From the human T2T-CHM13v2.0 reference genome, Homo sapiens, in the NCBI RefSeq assembly GCF_009914755.1, contig NC_060929.1: 64,000 nt of DNA; one strand, 5' to 3'. Shown here piece by piece: positions 60,438 through 64,000 of this stretch (within the stretch, counting starts at the first letter, position 1; each line of letters begins with the position of its first letter). The position numbers were made by a program, and so were the translations under genes. The notes beneath the pieces are model-generated. The model worked only from the letters and a program-made list of their open reading frames with translations. It had not been told where the DNA came from and made no database searches.

Positions 60438-60730
60438 TGTGGTGGCTCACACCTGTAATCCTAACACTTTGGAAGGTTGAGGCAGGAGGATCCTTTGTGC
60501 TCAAGAGTTTGAGACCAGCCTGAGCAACACAGTGAGACCCTGTCTCTACAAAAACTAAAAAAATTAGCTAGGGATGGTGGCACATGCCTGTAGTCCCAGC
60601 TACTTGGGAGGCTGAGGTGGGAGGATTGCTTGAGCCCAAGAAGGTCAAGGCTGCCATGAGCCATAATCACGCCACTGCACTCCAGCCTGGGTGACAGAGA
60701 CCCTGTCTTAAAATAAAATAAAAAAAAAAG
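60438..60730 (+). mobile_element. AluJ-like in the 3'UTR
   Basis: Alu consensus. Confidence 0.88.
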
Positions 60731-61542
60731 GAAAAGGAAAGACATACATACCCTCAGTTCTTCGAAAAACAGTCAACGTCCAAAAAGTTTATTTTTTGAG
60801 TCACCTTTAATAGAGAAATTTCCCACTGGAAACAGATCCACCTAAGTGATTATCTAGTATCAGCTGTATCAAGGCAAAAGGTAAAGGTTATAAGATGTAA
60901 ATATTAGACCAAAATAGCCTTTTTTAACAAACACAATAATGCTGTACGTCTGTAACAAAACAAAATTTGAAAAATTGAGGTAATGTACACAGCGATGCAC
61001 ACACCCCCACACCACACCGTGATTCCTGAGTTTTGATTTGGTTGAATTCACCTTGTAGTTCCCTTTCCTGAGAAAATACAGGTTCAACACATCTAGTCCA
61101 CGATGTACGTACAAGGGGAAGGGGTGAACAGGAAATAGACTCCCTTATTCTGCTCACATGAGCTGGAACCTGTACTAGCTGCATATTTCATAGACCCCAG
61201 AGGCTCACCTCAATTGTACTCCTATGATAAAATGTCTCTAGCATTTGTCATGAGAGAAACTGGCTAGAAATAGTTTGTTCATTGCGTCCAGCAAGACACG
61301 CATTGCTGTTGATATCTTTGTGGCTAAGATGGAGAATGTGACTGGATAATAGTTATCCAGGTGGATTACTAGCTATTGAAACAGTCTGAGATAGTTGCAT
61401 GATGATTAACGTTAAACTGGGAGTAATTTCAAGTCATTTGGCTAAAAATGAAAAAAAAGTCCCATAAAAAGGTATCAAATGTACAGATAATAGGGCTGGA
61501 ATTATTAAGTATGATGATGTTATTAACATCTAAAATTATTTT

Positions 61543-61840
61543 GGCCGGGCAAGGTGGGTCACGCCTGTAATCTCAGCACTTTGGGATGCCAAGATGGGTG
61601 GATCACCTGAGTTCAGGAGTTCAAGACCAGCTTGGCCAACATGGCGAAACCCGTCTCTACTAAAGAATACAAAAATTAGCCAGGTGTTGTGGCACATGCC
61701 TGTACTCCCAGCTACTCAGGAGGCTGAGGCAGAAGAATCATTTGAACCCCGGAGGTGGAGGTTGCAGTGAGCCGACATTGTGCCGCTTCATTCCAGCCTG
61801 GGCAACAGAGTGAAACTCTTGTCTCAAAAGTAAAAAAATA
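61543..61840 (+). mobile_element. AluS-like in the 3'UTR
   Basis: Alu consensus. Confidence 0.9.
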
Positions 61841-62119
61841 ATAATGTTTAAAAATATTTCAATGTGGAGACAAGCTCAAAATGAAATTAGACACATTCCA
61901 TTACCCAGGTAAAAGAAGGGGAAGCCTGACTTGATAGTAGTATTCAGGAAAAAAGAGTTGGCAGTTTTATTTGGCCAAATTCCAATATCAGCTCATGGTA
62001 CAGCACACCGGGGGAGGGGGACGGGAGGCGAGAACTAAGGCTTTTTAAGAATGTGTTGATGGAAGTATGTGCCTAGATCAAAAGAATAATCCCCCCGGAC
62101 TCCAGTGTAAGATCAATTA

Positions 62120-62580
62120 CTGTTGGAATATTGTGTTCCTTTCTAGATATCACATTTTAAGCAGACTTTGGCCAAGTAGTACAGTGTTTGCAGGAGCAGT
62201 AACAAGATGGTGATAACTTTGAAAATACTTCTCAAAAGAAAAATAAAAAAGAATTAGGGAAGTTCAGTCTGGAGATAATTCAGAAATACAGATGATAATT
62301 GTTTTCAAATTCTTGAAGGAAATGGGAGAGAGAATAGGCTAATTCTGTATTGCTTCAGAAACCAAATGGAAACAATTAAATTCCATTAGAGAAACGGTTG
62401 GAAAATATGAGGAGGATTTAGTTCAGTACGAGGAAGCTGTTTCTAATACTTTTTGTTGGTTAAAAATACATTCCGCTGCTGTGGAAAGCCTGTAGCTGCC
62501 AGGAGTGTTACAGAGGGCATTCCTCCCTTGAGTTGACATTTGTGCCAAACCGGCTTTTAGGGCTTCTCCAGCTTTTAAGA
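62120..62580 (+). mobile_element. Ancient CR1/L3 LINE fragment
   Basis: ggaatattgtgttcctttctag...cacattttaag...gtttgcaggagcagtaacaagatggtga resembles the CR1 RT 3' region. Confidence 0.55.
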
Positions 62581-63066
62581 TGCGATAATGATAAGATGAT
62601 CATCGGGAAAACATCCCTCAGATGAAACGTTCACAGGCTGGCTCTGAAAACTGGCATTCAGATGATTGCGGCTCCCCCATACTGTAGGAATATTGTTTAT
62701 GGCTTAAGGTTGCCTCGCTCCTCATCTGTAATCAGTGAAAGTTTATCCAGAGGTTAATTACCGGTTTTCTGGTGGGTATCTGGGAACTGAGGATGGGAGA
62801 TTAACTGTTGTATATGACCATAGTAAAGCAAAAGACTGTTAGAGAATGAGTAAACGTTCGTTTTCCTCCCTACAGAATTTACAGTTACTCTCTGTCCATT
62901 CCACTCACTACTGTCTTCATCACACACACAGAGGCAAACGTCTGATTCAGATAGCCAGGTGTGCCATGCATGCACTCCACCATATTGTGATCTCTTCGAG
63001 GCTTGTTTCTGTCCCCTGTCCTCCACAGTCCTGGATTGTTAATGAATAGTTCATACATGTTTGTTA

Positions 63067-63072
63067 AATAAA
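63067..63072 (+). terminator. Candidate distal poly(A) signal AATAAA
   Basis: AATAAA followed by U-rich downstream sequence (atcttttgtt, tttttctat). Confidence 0.55.
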
Positions 63073-64000
63073 TATACCTTCTTTAAAATTATCTTTTGTT
63101 ATAAAGATGCCTTTTTCTATGGTAACTGCAAAATACCTAATTTGTAACTAAACCTAAAACTATGTGGATAAGTTATTTCTACACCTGCGGGGGGCAGATT
63201 TCTACATGAGAGTCCTTTCTTAGTGTACTGAGAGTTTCTGCATGAGGTAAATGAAAGAAACATGTTTTTTGTAAAAAAAAAAAAAAAGAAAAGAAAAAAA
63301 TTGGCAATGGAGAACGTTTCTAAAGCTTCTCAGCTTCTCCCTATGATTATGTATTGAAACCTCGGAATTTGTTCATCTGGTTTTCTTGGGGGGTCTATGA
63401 AAAGGGCAGAGCAAGCAGATGTCCCATGATTGCCCTGAAATTATATTAGATATGTTCGTGTGCATGGATACCTGCATTTTTCTAGGGATAGAGTCCTTAG
63501 CTTTAATCAGAAGAAATTAAGAACTACTGTCTTTAAAAATGTGCTTTCAAACATTTGTTTTTTGAATTCATTTCAAAGACTCTAACGTGCCCATTATGTG
63601 TCAGGCGCTGTGCTTGGCAATGAGGATACAAAAAGACACCCCAGAACTGGAGCTGCTCACAGTGGAGTGGAGAAGGCAAATGAGTTCATAATTTATTGGG
63701 ATAAATTATAATAGAAAGGCATGTATCCAAAACTTTTCTGTGTTTTCCCCTCAACCCTGGTTGACTCCACTATACAATTTGACTGTGGTGCCACAAAATT
63801 TTACATAGTTACCACGCCACCTGCCACCGCAGGCTTCTATTTTTAACAAAATAATTGCTTTTCTCTTTTCAGCATTTCAGGAGTGGGACCAAATGGTGTT
63901 CTATATCTGGTATATCCAGGAGTTTCTTAGATCTGGTAGTTAAAGGGCTTATAAAAAAGAGATGAAAATGTTCACTTTGCCACTTTTGTGCAAGTGGTTA

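Noticed and set aside
62010-62028. G-rich run in the distal 3'UTR
   Set aside because: Only three runs of three or more G; does not meet the canonical G4 pattern

Overview
Human (primate) genomic DNA covering the 3' part of NLN (neurolysin, M3-family zinc metallo-endopeptidase) on the + strand. Ten GT-AG coding exons (11223 to the TGA ending at 56726; 1665 nt, phases consistent throughout) encode the C-terminal 554 aa, including HEFGH. These equal exons 4-13 and residues 151-704 if my recalled 704-aa precursor length is right. A long 3'UTR follows, probably to about 63090. The rest is intronic and repeat-rich: Alu, L1, L2/MIR, CR1, a full-length THE1, MLT1/MST, a MER52 solo LTR, a full-length Tigger1 and hAT MITEs. 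I found no prokaryote-type system. The best leads are: (1) intron 9 may both end transcription (98-codon read-through of exon 9 plus AATAAA) and restart it (a CpG-enriched candidate first exon encoding a presequence-like 35-aa peptide in frame with exon 10, overlapping a candidate 3-nt microexon); (2) a ~79-bp-arm non-Alu inverted repeat in intron 12; (3) several short local templated duplications with junction scars. Repeat subfamily names come from my memory of consensus sequences and their boundaries are approximate. All functional claims are untested inference.
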